A model generated the notes under the pieces. That model worked only from the letters and a program-made list of their open reading frames with translations. It made no database searches and was not told where the DNA came from. Below, in pieces: positions 31,029 to 41,800 of a DNA stretch of 64,000 nt. A program made the translations under genes and the position numbers. The stretch is from a virus (taxonomy: Duplodnaviria; Caudoviricetes), in the IMG/VR virus record IMGVR_UViG_3300032239_001501, positions 1 through 64,000 of that record; one strand, 5' to 3'. Numbering within the stretch: position 1 is the first letter of the stretch; every line of letters starts with the position of its first letter.

Positions 31029-34000
31029 TTAACTTTTTAACATTGTGAACTTATATGTTGTCCAAAGTGGTTGTTTATTTTTATCCGCAGGTATTGTTGT
31101 TAAATCTACTAATCCAAGTATTTTATTTGTTTTTTTCCATTCTTCATCTGTAATATCATTACTTTCAACTATAAGTTTAGTAATTTGAGTTGAAGTTATA
31201 TAAACTGAATTATTTAAAACAAATCCGTTTTCTGATATAAAATTAATTTCTTTGATAACTTCTTCTTTAACTGTATTATTTCCTGAGGTTATAAAACTAA
31301 TAAGTTGAACTTTAATATTCACATTTTGGTTTATTACCCAAATACCTAAAGTAGGGTCAGTATTAACTTTAACCGATAAACTTTCAAACCCTTTTATTGG
31401 ATTTGTTGTAATAGTATCAATTAAAACTTTAGGCCCAGTTAACCCATCTTGTCTTGTTGCACTTTGTGCATCAGAAAGTTCCTTATCTGTTTGTTGACTT
31501 ACATTTTTTGTATTTAATTGAGCAGCAGGAGCATTTGTATTTGTTATTGCAGGATTATAAGTAAATTTACCATTACTTGTTATTGACGCATCTATTCCAT
31601 TACTATCCCGATATATTATCATTATAAAATTATCTTGTATTCCTTGTAATGGACTTTGTGGCACTGTAACTGTAAGTTGTGTTCCATCACTAGATTTAAT
31701 AATACCTTTAACCACTTCCACATCATTAATTTTAATCGCAGTTGTTGATTCAAGATATTTTCCTTTGATAGTTAAAATAGTATTAGTTCCTCCAAATGTA
31801 GGTGTAAATGAACTAATTATTGGTGGTAAACAAATAACTTCTCCTTTTACCACATATGTATATGATACAATGTTTGAATCATTATGACCACCTGTAGTAC
31901 AATTTTGAATTAATTTAAAATACCAAGTTTTTGTCGCATCTTTAGTATCAATTTGTCTACCTGTATTACATCCACCAGTATCATAATTCCAATTAATTTT
32001 ATCTCTAGAATACGCCAAAACTAATGAAAGACAATTTGTTGGTGTTGCGTAATTGTAAGTAAATAAAGAACCTGAAACTAAAGTAACTCCGTTAAGTACT
32101 GGTACAGTACATGTTGAATCTATAGTTTTTGTAGGAACAGCCGAAACACCATTATAAGTCCCATCCAAATTAGGCAATCCTAAACCAGTTGCAGACGCAT
32201 ACGCCTCATCAAAAGTGACAAGTAATTTTTTAAATTGAAGATTTTTATTACTTTCATAATATTCAGGAGTCACATTATTTATTGGCCAATAACATACATA
32301 ATATTTTGGTATTCCAATTTGTTGTATTCTTTGAACATTTGGAGATAATCTTGATACCATAAAATCAATAAACTTATCAATACTTTCAAAGTTCGCAATA
32401 GGTAATGTATTGGGATTGCTTTTAGCCGGTGATTCACCTGCCTGTACTTCCAAACATGAGTATTTTTTAGTAAAATAAATATTACTATTACCATAATCTA
32501 TATCTAAAGTTACCGCAGCAAAGTTATTATTCCATCCAGCAATTAAAGGTTTACTACCTGTTCCTTGAAAACTTCTAACATAGCATATAGTATAAATAAT
32601 TGTTTGAAGTACTGTATTAGATGTTTTACCTGTGATAGCATCTCTAAGTTCTTTGGTACTTTTTGATGTTAAAACTGTTGGTGTTGATTCCCATTTTTGT
32701 TCATCATAAATAGGAAGAAGTTTCGCCTTACAAGCATTTTGAGCATTGTAAGAATTTTCAGCTTTTTGTAATATTTTAGCAGCTTTTGATGTGTCTGTAG
32801 TTGCACCAGGTGCTGGAGTCTCATCTTTTTTATTAAGAACTGCCTGTTCAATTTTAGTTAATAAATTTTTATTAATACTTTGTAAGAAATTATCAATTGC
32901 AGGTAAATCAAAAATACCTTGTCTTACACCTGTAATTGTTGTCTCAAAATTACCAGGAGTAATATTATGTGAAATTTCCGTAATCATATAAGGACCATTA
33001 AACATTGGTACATGTTGTAAATTAAAATACATTGTTGGTTGTAACAAAGCATTTCCAAGACATTGTACTGTACAAGTATAACTTCTATTTTTGTATAAAT
33101 TATAAAGACTCACATTTTGAGTCGCAACATTTCTACCACTTGCTTGGTTAATCATGTTTAACTGAGTTTCTATTGTTTCTGAAGTTGCCTTTCCAGCTTC
33201 TTGAGATACACTGAACGAATAAAACACATTTTGATTTCTAACACCAATATCAACATTAAACCCAACACATCTATTTGATAACGCATAATCTTTTTTATTT
33301 GCAATATTTTCAATTAACGGATTTTCAGATGCCTTTCTCATTTCAAAACTATCATCTCTAAATCTAGAATTTCCTTTAGGTAATTTTAAATACTCAGAAG
33401 GTTTTCCAGCATAAAAACAAATCATTTTTGGACCAGAATTTCTATAATCAACATTTAAAAATGTACCCCACATACTGTTGGCGAATTCAAGCGAACCTTC
33501 TGATTTTTGTGGTGTATTAATACCTGACACATCTTGAACATTATAAAAATTAACATAAGCAGGAAGTGGCATAACATTAAAGTTATTCTTGATTAGAATT
33601 CCACTTATTAAAGTGAATACACTCATTCTTTCATTATACGCATTTTTATTAAGAATATTTTGTAAATCAAAAATATCTATTATTATAGTATTTCCAATAT
33701 TTCTAGACGCTCTATCTAAGAAGAGCATATCTTCAAATAATGTTTTGTTTTTATAATCTCCTCCAGCTATCCATTTGTCATTAAGTCCTTTAAACACTTC
33801 ATAATTTTCTACTTTAGATTGTTGTCCATCTATTACAGATTGTATTGTTCTTTCAGGTAATTGTGATTGATTTGGAAGTGAAGCTCTTAACGCCTCCATA
33901 GTTTTATTTAGAATAATATTTTGTAAATTTGTACCATCTGAAATAAAACTATTTATTTGTGTTTTAAAATTTGCTGGAGTTATTGATGGATTCAATAATT

Positions 34001-37000
34001 TTCTTGTAGCATAAACTTTAATTAATTCTGCATACAACGTTATATTTTGTGTTGAAAACTCTACATTATTATCAACAAAGAAATCTGTTATATATGAACC
34101 CTGATTAGTATACTCTAAATTAACTATTGTTGAAAATCCAACTTCTGTTTGTAATGCAGCCCATTGTAATGGGTAATTTGCCTTACTTTGGGATAAAGTT
34201 GTTTGTCCATTTAATGTTGGCAAACTTCCAATAACATATGGATTATACTTAATAGGGTCAGTCGCTGTTCCAACAAATGAACCAAATATTCTTCTATTAT
34301 AATTTCCAGGATTACCATTTCTTAAAATAACATCATACTCCATAAAGTTTTTTATATTGGAAGAAAAAACTTGTAATTGATTATTAATTGTATCTAAAAA
34401 ATATTGGTTAGTATCTGTACCTGTCATTGTTGGAACTGTCATTGCAACTCTCATAAAAGATTGGAAGTTCTTAAAATTTGCATTAATATCAAAAGGACTT
34501 TCTCCTAATCCAACAATATCTTTTGCGGCAATTAATGTGTTAATTGGTTTACAAAAATTTAAAAATTCCGTTTCAAACTGATTCAATATAGATTTATTAA
34601 AAACTGAAAATATTTCTTCAATTTTAGAATACGTGTCTCCTGATAAAAAACTAAGTGGTGATTGATTTGAAGATAATGGATCAATATAATTTAAATAAGA
34701 ATCTGGTTTTGGTTTTACCTTTGTATATGTATCAAAATATCCATAGTTAGGTGCCGACCATAATAATCTAACACTACCATTATACATTGATTGATTATAT
34801 GTTAAATCAACTATTGTACCCCCTGTCGCATTAATACATTGTGAGTTTGTTTGATTAATAATATTACCAAATGATGGTATTACATAATATTCTCCCCCTT
34901 TAGTATTATTTGAAGGAACACATACCGATTGATTGTTATTTGAAGTGTCCATTAAATGTGGAATTACCACACTATATGGTTGAACTTTTAAATTTTTTGT
35001 TTTTTGTGTTGCAGTAATTTGTCCATCAGATAATGAAACTATCTTCATTCCATTAACCATACTAGCTTGAATTTCTTCATTACTATATGTTTGATAAAGG
35101 TCATAACCATTATAAAACACATTAAAATCATTAATTACTTTTGGATAAAATCCATTTTGTATTTTAATTGTGTCAGTAGTTTCATTTTGTAAAACAATTT
35201 GTTGATTTACCGTTACACCATTTATTTTAGTACTATAATTATACTCATGATTAACACTACTTGTTATTGGATCATAATTTGTGACATAGTCAAAATCTTT
35301 CCAACACGTATCTAATATATCAACATTAGTCTCAATATATTTTTTATATCTATACCAAATAGACCCCATTTTAAGAACCCAAGCATATGGCACTTTATGA
35401 ACAGCACCAAACTTTTTAAATACCGAAGCAATATAATCCAAATCATTTGTGACACCATTTGAATATGTTTTATATCTTTCTCTTAAAGTATCTAACGGTA
35501 ACGAGTTAATAAACAAATATGCCGCTTGAATATATGGATATGGATCTGAAGTTCTTGAATTATAAACACCATTTTGAATTGCATTAATGAAATACGGTGT
35601 ATTCAACATTGATGTTGTTGTTTGTGCAGGAAATGGTGTAACTGGTGATGGAAAATAACAATACCCTTCTGTTGGTACAAACTTTTGTGGTTCCCTTGCA
35701 GTGTAAAATATATTTAAATCACCATTAACAACTGTAGTTGACGGATTAGTAACATTTAAATACGAAAAGTTTGTAACAGGTCTATTTGTAGTATAATCCG
35801 TAATTGTATCAAAATTGGCAATAACATTATTCTGAGAATAAATTTTATACGTATTATTTGTGTTATATACAAGTTCATTAGGATTTTGTAATGCCTTGTC
35901 CATATTTTTTAAACACCATTGAGGATTCGTAAATGGATAAGTATCCAATAACATTGGAGTATTATAATCTGTTTTTATTATAGATTGTAAGGCTTTTGCG
36001 TCTTGTGCCGATGCTGGAATTTTACCTGTTTCATTTAAATTTAAAATAGAGAAAGGAGAATCTGTTAAAGCCTTGATATACGGTGTAACATAAAAGTCTC
36101 TAATAAAATCTTGATATGATCTTCCAGTACCTTGATTTGAAATTGTCTCAAGTGTACTAACATAGTTATTAGCATTCAATGCCAAGTTTTTCAATTTAAC
36201 AGTTAAAAATGGAGAACTACCTCCCAAACTTTTTACAAGATTGTCTGTCTCAACTTTCATTGAATAATCTGAAAATCCTCCAACACCATTACTATTACCA
36301 AGTAATCTAACATATCCAGAATAAAAAGATGTTAAATATTGTCTTTCCCAAATCTCATAAAAAAATTTTATCTCTTCTTTATTAACATATGCAATACCAA
36401 CATTTGGATATTCAATTGCGTTAACATTTGTTATCAATGTTTTTGTTTCCGTATCTAACGATGGTTGACTTGTTGGATTTTGAAACTTTTGTGTTAATCC
36501 TTTCATATACTCTTCAACAAACTCAACTTCAGGCCATTTATCATATAAATAACCTTTTGTTAAATTAACAACTGATGGGTCAGCAATATATTTTAATTGA
36601 AATCTTCCTTTTTTATCTTCTGGAGTTTCAACAAAAAATTGCGGCCAAGGATAAACAGGGATTTGTGATGTTGACAATCCTTGATTAGATTGTTGAGCAC
36701 TAATAGAAATTGAAACATTATCTATTGTGTCTGATCCAGGTGCTGATGATGGGTTATCTAATATTGCATTTTTTCTAACAGGGTCGTATTTAACATTCCA
36801 AGAATTTGTATGCACATCATCAAGAAGTCTTATAAACGCTTCTGCTGACGCCATTATTACTGCAACAATATTTCTTACTGTAGGTTTAAATCCTAAACCA
36901 GTCGCCTTATCTTCAATTTTTCTAGCCAAATCTGCCGATATGATACCTTCAACTTCAGCAAGTTTTGCCGTTGCTTGAGTTTCCATATTAGCAATATTTT

Positions 37001-38558
37001 TATCAAATTTTTTATCTCCTTCAAATATTATAAATCTTGGTGATGTTACTTTTTTGGGTAATCCAGTTTTATCAGTTTCAATAATTGGTACTAATTGTTT
37101 TTCAATACTTTTTTTTAATAACTCCTCTTGTTCTGGTGTTGGTAATACTGTACCTGTTTGATATCTAACTGTCTCTGGCCAATTTATATCAGAATAATTC
37201 ACATCTATATAAAAACCATCAATCTTTATTGGGTTTTCAATTGGTGATGTTTTATTTTTACCTAAAGTTTGATTTTCCGCCAAAGCTAAATTATATCTTG
37301 CAACTAAATCAGATAATTTAGATTGAGCTTCTTGTTTTGCGGCGTCATCTAAATTCTCTTTAAATGAATATACCATTTGACCACCAATTAATATAATAGG
37401 CTTGTTATTACAATAGGTATTAAACCAAGAAGAATCAGACCCTCTAACATTTGCAAAATAGTCAGTGAGTTTTTGTTTGTAAGTTCTAATATTTGTTAAT
37501 GGTTCAACATTAGATTTTTTATATGAATTAACAATTGCTTGTTCAAAGTTTTCAAGTTTGTTCATTAATTGTTGTACTGTTAATTCTGGAAAATCAGGAT
37601 CAACTAAACCTTTAGCTTTATATTCACTATAAATTTCTACCACTTTCTGATATCCTCGTTCACTTACAATTTCAGTTGTAACATTATTTGTACTGTTTGT
37701 ACCTATACCTGATTTATTTATTGATGTTGCATCTTTTGATTGATTAGCATTTTGTGCTTCTGTAGGTGATTGTGTTACCTGAAATCTTTGGGAATACATA
37801 TGAGGAGCAGCTAGAAGATGCCCAAAAGAAATTTCATTTAATATATTAAATTTATACCCTTTAAATTCCAAATCAATTATGTAATTACCACTAAAACTAT
37901 TAAATGATGCATTAAATTTTTCCAAATTTAATTGATATCTAATTGCCTGTCCGTAATAACCTTTTAGCGTTAAATAAAATGGACAATATGGTAAATTAAA
38001 AAACGCTGAATATGGTGAATCATTACCTAATTGAAATAACGCTCTCCCTTGAACATCTTCCAATCTAATAGAGACACTTGGAATAAACGATGTACTAGTT
38101 CTTATGGCAATACTTGTAATTCCAAGTAATCCAGTATCAATAATATTTGTTTGGTCAGCAACACTATTTATAATATATGGTTGTTCTCCATTTCCAGGAT
38201 TAACTGAGACTTGTTTTGGTTGATTAATTGCTTCATATTTAGTAGAATTTTCTCCAGTCAATTCATCATAATAACCTGTACCTAAATAACTATTTTTTGT
38301 TGGTTTTAAAAAATTAATTTTAGCAACAGATATAGTTCTAATTCTATCCTCAGGACTTCCCCCAACAGATAATTTTGTTCTTGGTATAACTTCAGCTTCA
38401 AGATTCGCATACATCACCAAATTTTCATGGTCAATAATTCTTTCTCTTATCTTACCAAATGAATCTATTGTCTTATTTGGATCAACCACAATAAGATTGT
38501 TATAATCAAAATCAACCAATATATCTCCGCTGTTATCTGCTTGTAAGTTACCTGCCAT
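31029..38558 (-). CDS. Giant baseplate hub protein (gp27/gpD-like fold) with C-terminal accessory domains including an IPT/TIG-like domain
   Basis: N-terminal LGITSIAI...SVSIRLEDVQG...FYLTLKGYYG; YTCTVQCLGNALLQPTMYFNL..VPMFNGPYMITEISHNI..GNFETTITGVR hub barrel; PIISSFTPTFGG..ILTIKG IPT-like segment. Start likely MAGNLQ at 38558 (track start 38579). Confidence 0.65.
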   Translation of the reverse strand: MAGNLQADNSGDILVDFDYNNLIVVDPNKTIDSFGKIRERIIDHENLVMYANLEAEVIPRTKLSVGGSPEDRIRTISVAKINFLKPTKNSYLGTGYYDELTGENSTKYEAINQPKQVSVNPGNGEQPYIINSVADQTNIIDTGLLGITSIAIRTSTSFIPSVSIRLEDVQGRALFQLGNDSPYSAFFNLPYCPFYLTLKGYYGQAIRYQLNLEKFNASFNSFSGNYIIDLEFKGYKFNILNEISFGHLLAAPHMYSQRFQVTQSPTEAQNANQSKDATSINKSGIGTNSTNNVTTEIVSERGYQKVVEIYSEYKAKGLVDPDFPELTVQQLMNKLENFEQAIVNSYKKSNVEPLTNIRTYKQKLTDYFANVRGSDSSWFNTYCNNKPIILIGGQMVYSFKENLDDAAKQEAQSKLSDLVARYNLALAENQTLGKNKTSPIENPIKIDGFYIDVNYSDINWPETVRYQTGTVLPTPEQEELLKKSIEKQLVPIIETDKTGLPKKVTSPRFIIFEGDKKFDKNIANMETQATAKLAEVEGIISADLARKIEDKATGLGFKPTVRNIVAVIMASAEAFIRLLDDVHTNSWNVKYDPVRKNAILDNPSSAPGSDTIDNVSISISAQQSNQGLSTSQIPVYPWPQFFVETPEDKKGRFQLKYIADPSVVNLTKGYLYDKWPEVEFVEEYMKGLTQKFQNPTSQPSLDTETKTLITNVNAIEYPNVGIAYVNKEEIKFFYEIWERQYLTSFYSGYVRLLGNSNGVGGFSDYSMKVETDNLVKSLGGSSPFLTVKLKNLALNANNYVSTLETISNQGTGRSYQDFIRDFYVTPYIKALTDSPFSILNLNETGKIPASAQDAKALQSIIKTDYNTPMLLDTYPFTNPQWCLKNMDKALQNPNELVYNTNNTYKIYSQNNVIANFDTITDYTTNRPVTNFSYLNVTNPSTTVVNGDLNIFYTAREPQKFVPTEGYCYFPSPVTPFPAQTTTSMLNTPYFINAIQNGVYNSRTSDPYPYIQAAYLFINSLPLDTLRERYKTYSNGVTNDLDYIASVFKKFGAVHKVPYAWVLKMGSIWYRYKKYIETNVDILDTCWKDFDYVTNYDPITSSVNHEYNYSTKINGVTVNQQIVLQNETTDTIKIQNGFYPKVINDFNVFYNGYDLYQTYSNEEIQASMVNGMKIVSLSDGQITATQKTKNLKVQPYSVVIPHLMDTSNNNQSVCVPSNNTKGGEYYVIPSFGNIINQTNSQCINATGGTIVDLTYNQSMYNGSVRLLWSAPNYGYFDTYTKVKPKPDSYLNYIDPLSSNQSPLSFLSGDTYSKIEEIFSVFNKSILNQFETEFLNFCKPINTLIAAKDIVGLGESPFDINANFKNFQSFMRVAMTVPTMTGTDTNQYFLDTINNQLQVFSSNIKNFMEYDVILRNGNPGNYNRRIFGSFVGTATDPIKYNPYVIGSLPTLNGQTTLSQSKANYPLQWAALQTEVGFSTIVNLEYTNQGSYITDFFVDNNVEFSTQNITLYAELIKVYATRKLLNPSITPANFKTQINSFISDGTNLQNIILNKTMEALRASLPNQSQLPERTIQSVIDGQQSKVENYEVFKGLNDKWIAGGDYKNKTLFEDMLFLDRASRNIGNTIIIDIFDLQNILNKNAYNERMSVFTLISGILIKNNFNVMPLPAYVNFYNVQDVSGINTPQKSEGSLEFANSMWGTFLNVDYRNSGPKMICFYAGKPSEYLKLPKGNSRFRDDSFEMRKASENPLIENIANKKDYALSNRCVGFNVDIGVRNQNVFYSFSVSQEAGKATSETIETQLNMINQASGRNVATQNVSLYNLYKNRSYTCTVQCLGNALLQPTMYFNLQHVPMFNGPYMITEISHNITPGNFETTITGVRQGIFDLPAIDNFLQSINKNLLTKIEQAVLNKKDETPAPGATTDTSKAAKILQKAENSYNAQNACKAKLLPIYDEQKWESTPTVLTSKSTKELRDAITGKTSNTVLQTIIYTICYVRSFQGTGSKPLIAGWNNNFAAVTLDIDYGNSNIYFTKKYSCLEVQAGESPAKSNPNTLPIANFESIDKFIDFMVSRLSPNVQRIQQIGIPKYYVCYWPINNVTPEYYESNKNLQFKKLLVTFDEAYASATGLGLPNLDGTYNGVSAVPTKTIDSTCTVPVLNGVTLVSGSLFTYNYATPTNCLSLVLAYSRDKINWNYDTGGCNTGRQIDTKDATKTWYFKLIQNCTTGGHNDSNIVSYTYVVKGEVICLPPIISSFTPTFGGTNTILTIKGKYLESTTAIKINDVEVVKGIIKSSDGTQLTVTVPQSPLQGIQDNFIMIIYRDSNGIDASITSNGKFTYNPAITNTNAPAAQLNTKNVSQQTDKELSDAQSATRQDGLTGPKVLIDTITTNPIKGFESLSVKVNTDPTLGIWVINQNVNIKVQLISFITSGNNTVKEEVIKEINFISENGFVLNNSVYITSTQITKLIVESNDITDEEWKKTNKILGLVDLTTIPADKNKQPLWTTYKFTMLKS

Positions 38559-38871
38559 AATAATAAAAATGATTTTCAAGTGCGGCTTTATAATCTTGTA
38601 ATGAAGATATTAACGGGAAAGGTATTATCAAAATAGCACCATCATAAATATTATTTTCCAATCCACCAAATTGTGGATTTGCTTGTAATATTAACCAGTT
38701 AAAATAAGGTGAATTATAAAATTCTTGAGAAACTTTATCTAACCTACTCTTAGCCACTTTATATATGTAAGTTTGGTCAGTAGGTTTTTGGCTTATATAA
38801 ACAAAAGGCACCACAGTTTGTTCACCATTAATAATGAATTCATCATAACGATTATAATATGGATACGCCAT
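38548..38871 (-). CDS. LysM-like baseplate wedge protein (T4 gp53 / P2 gpX-like)
   Basis: YIYKVAKSRLDKVSQEFYNSPYFNWLILQANP...GAILIIP. Confidence 0.75.
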   Translation of the reverse strand: MAYPYYNRYDEFIINGEQTVVPFVYISQKPTDQTYIYKVAKSRLDKVSQEFYNSPYFNWLILQANPQFGGLENNIYDGAILIIPFPLISSLQDYKAALENHFYYYGR

Positions 38872-41800
38872 TAATTAAGTTTTAATTTTGAAACATATAC
38901 TGACGGTTTACCGTCATTATTATTCCAACTATTTTTATCTGTATTTGCCAATACTCTACCTAATCCAGTTATCATTGTTGTTTGACTTGCTGTCGGTGAT
39001 GTTGATTTTTCAAAAGTAAACAACCTATCTTTGACTCCAAATGGAGTATAATTAATATAGTCTTTTAATTGACCTTTTTCAAGGCTATCAAAAAATGCTG
39101 TCGTTATTGTATTTTCTTTACTAAAAAGAGGTTTTGCAATTCCTATCCAATAAGCATCAAATTGAGCACTAATATCAGAACTTCCACTACCAATAATATC
39201 CGTATTCTTAATTATATCACCAATTATAGCATTCTTAAAAGTTTGATATCTTTTATCATCTAATATTTCAGCAGATAAAATCATATACATTCTTTTAAAT
39301 GAAAGTACTTGAAAAGTATCATCCTTACTAAATGGTTCAAATACTTTAGACTTTAAATCTTTATCATATGTTGTCCCTTCACTACTTACACCATATAAAG
39401 CATTCCCTGTGTATTGCGAAGATTCATATGTAAATTTGCTTTTCTTTACTATTAAATCATAAAACGAACTAACACTATAACCAATTTTTCTAATATCATT
39501 TTGTATTTCAATAAAAGTGTCCGCAGCTTCAGAAGTTGAATAGACATTTGTAGTTCCACTAATATCGTATATTGTAATATTACCATTTTTTTCTTGTAAC
39601 CCGTCAGTACCTGTATCTGGTCCAGATTTGTATAAAGGTATTACATTAGCCCTTGTCAAATATTGAATATATTTTTGTTGTTGTGTAACAAGATCTTGAT
39701 TTAATTGAGTTATTGCACTTTGATAAGAACTTTTTGTATTTGTTACAAAATTCTTCATATTCATTTTTAGTTGTCTAATAACTTTAGGACTAAACCTTTT
39801 TTCAGTTCCTGACATAAAATTAATAAATCTATCCTGAGTTGCACTATCATCACTTTCTATATCTGCAATATAATCATTAGTAATATTATCAACTATTTTT
39901 TGAATGTTATCAGGTTTTCCTACAATTAAAATTTCTTTTCCTGGTGTTGTATCCACCAAGAAAGTTCCCGACACATAATTTCTACTTGAAGTCCAATTTT
40001 GCAACATAGCATTATTATATTGTTTAACACATTCTTTACTTTTATTAACAAAAGTTTGGAAATACGTTTGTGTTTCTGCAACAAAATTATTCATAAACTT
40101 TTTATAACTAATTGTTCCCGTTGTACCTGAAGTTGATAAAATATCTCCAATAGTTGCCTCGTTTGTTTGTGGATTATTATCTTGTGTTTGATTAAGTGTT
40201 GGGCCTGGCGGTTGGGGTCCTGCATTAATCCAAGCCTTATCAATTACTTTATAACTTAAATCTGTAACATCCGCTCTATCATCATACATTTCAGTATTAG
40301 CATAATAATTAAATGTTAATGCATTTTGTAATTTATCTACAGATTCTTTTAACCCACTACCTCCAACAAAATTAAATGATAATGTCACATTTGCAATCAT
40401 TGGTTGAATACCAATACCTTCAGGATTAATATCCAAATCTTCATATGTTAGTTGTAATCCTATTGGAATAATTTTTGTATTATAAAAATCACCAACTCTT
40501 AAAACTAATACTGGAGGTGCTCCAAACGCAGTGTTAGTTGCATTATTATACTGAAGTTCATTTTTTTGTCCAACAGTTTTAATTGTTGGAATTGTATCAC
40601 CAGGTCTCATACATTGTTGAAGAAATGTTAATCTAGTATTTAACCCTTCTGGCGTCATTGAATGAAATCCTGGTTGAAAAAACTTCAATTTTTCTTTAAG
40701 ATTATCATATACCATTGGAGAATCTTCTTTGATAGCTTCAAAGTAATTACATTCAGAAAGTAATGATCTTAATACTCTTTTAGTAATATTATCTCTTTCA
40801 ACCCATTTCTCTTCAATTTGTTGAACTGTTGTTGTTACTGGTGTAACTGTTCCTACGATTACATTTGAAAGTTGTGGTTGTGGTTGTTGTTGTACAGGTT
40901 GAGCATTTTGTTGTACAGGTGTTTGAGTTAATGTTGATTTTATATTAGAAATATATGCTCTTCTACAGGCCATTGCTGTTGTAGAATAAATTTTATTTGT
41001 TTGTGATAAAGTATCTCCTCCTTTAGCATTTGCATCATTATCAGTACAACTTATTGTTGTACCTTTTATAAATTTTTTAGTTTGGTCATCATATTGTAAA
41101 ACACTCGCTTCTTCACCAAAAGCAGTACCTGATGTAACTATTAATTTATTATTATAATATTGTGCAGTATCCGGATTAGTTTTAAAATATTGAATAGCAG
41201 AGTAAATTCTTCTTGTCGCTAATTGTTTATTATATGAACTACTCGCAGGTGCAGAACAACTCGCTTCAATTATTATTGTTATATTTCCTTCACCACTTTT
41301 ATTTTGTTCAATTTGATTTTTAATTAATGTACATAAATTTTTAATTTCAGTATAATTAGGTGTAACTACACTATTAAAAAATGATTGGGTTACTGACGCA
41401 GTGGTTTGTTTAGTATAAGACCCACTTAAAACATTACTACTATACGTATCATATTCAGAATTATAATTTGCAACTAATTCTTGTGTTTTTGGTATATCAT
41501 TATCAAAATAAAATCCAAAATTATCAAAATTTTCAAACGGATTTGTTGAATTATTTGGTGCAACTGGTTGAGTTTGTGGATCTGACTTTACTCCTGTTTG
41601 TATTGTTTTAACTGCATAAGTCAATTGTTCCTTAGTCATCTCTTTTGATGAAATCATTTGTTGAAGTTCATACAAATCATTAGGATTAATTGTCACATAT
41701 TTTTTAGCTAATTCATATAAATCATATGTTCTACATCCAGCAAAAAATGAATCAATAATACTATCAATTCTTGGTCTGTTTGTTTCGTTTTTTAAAACTT

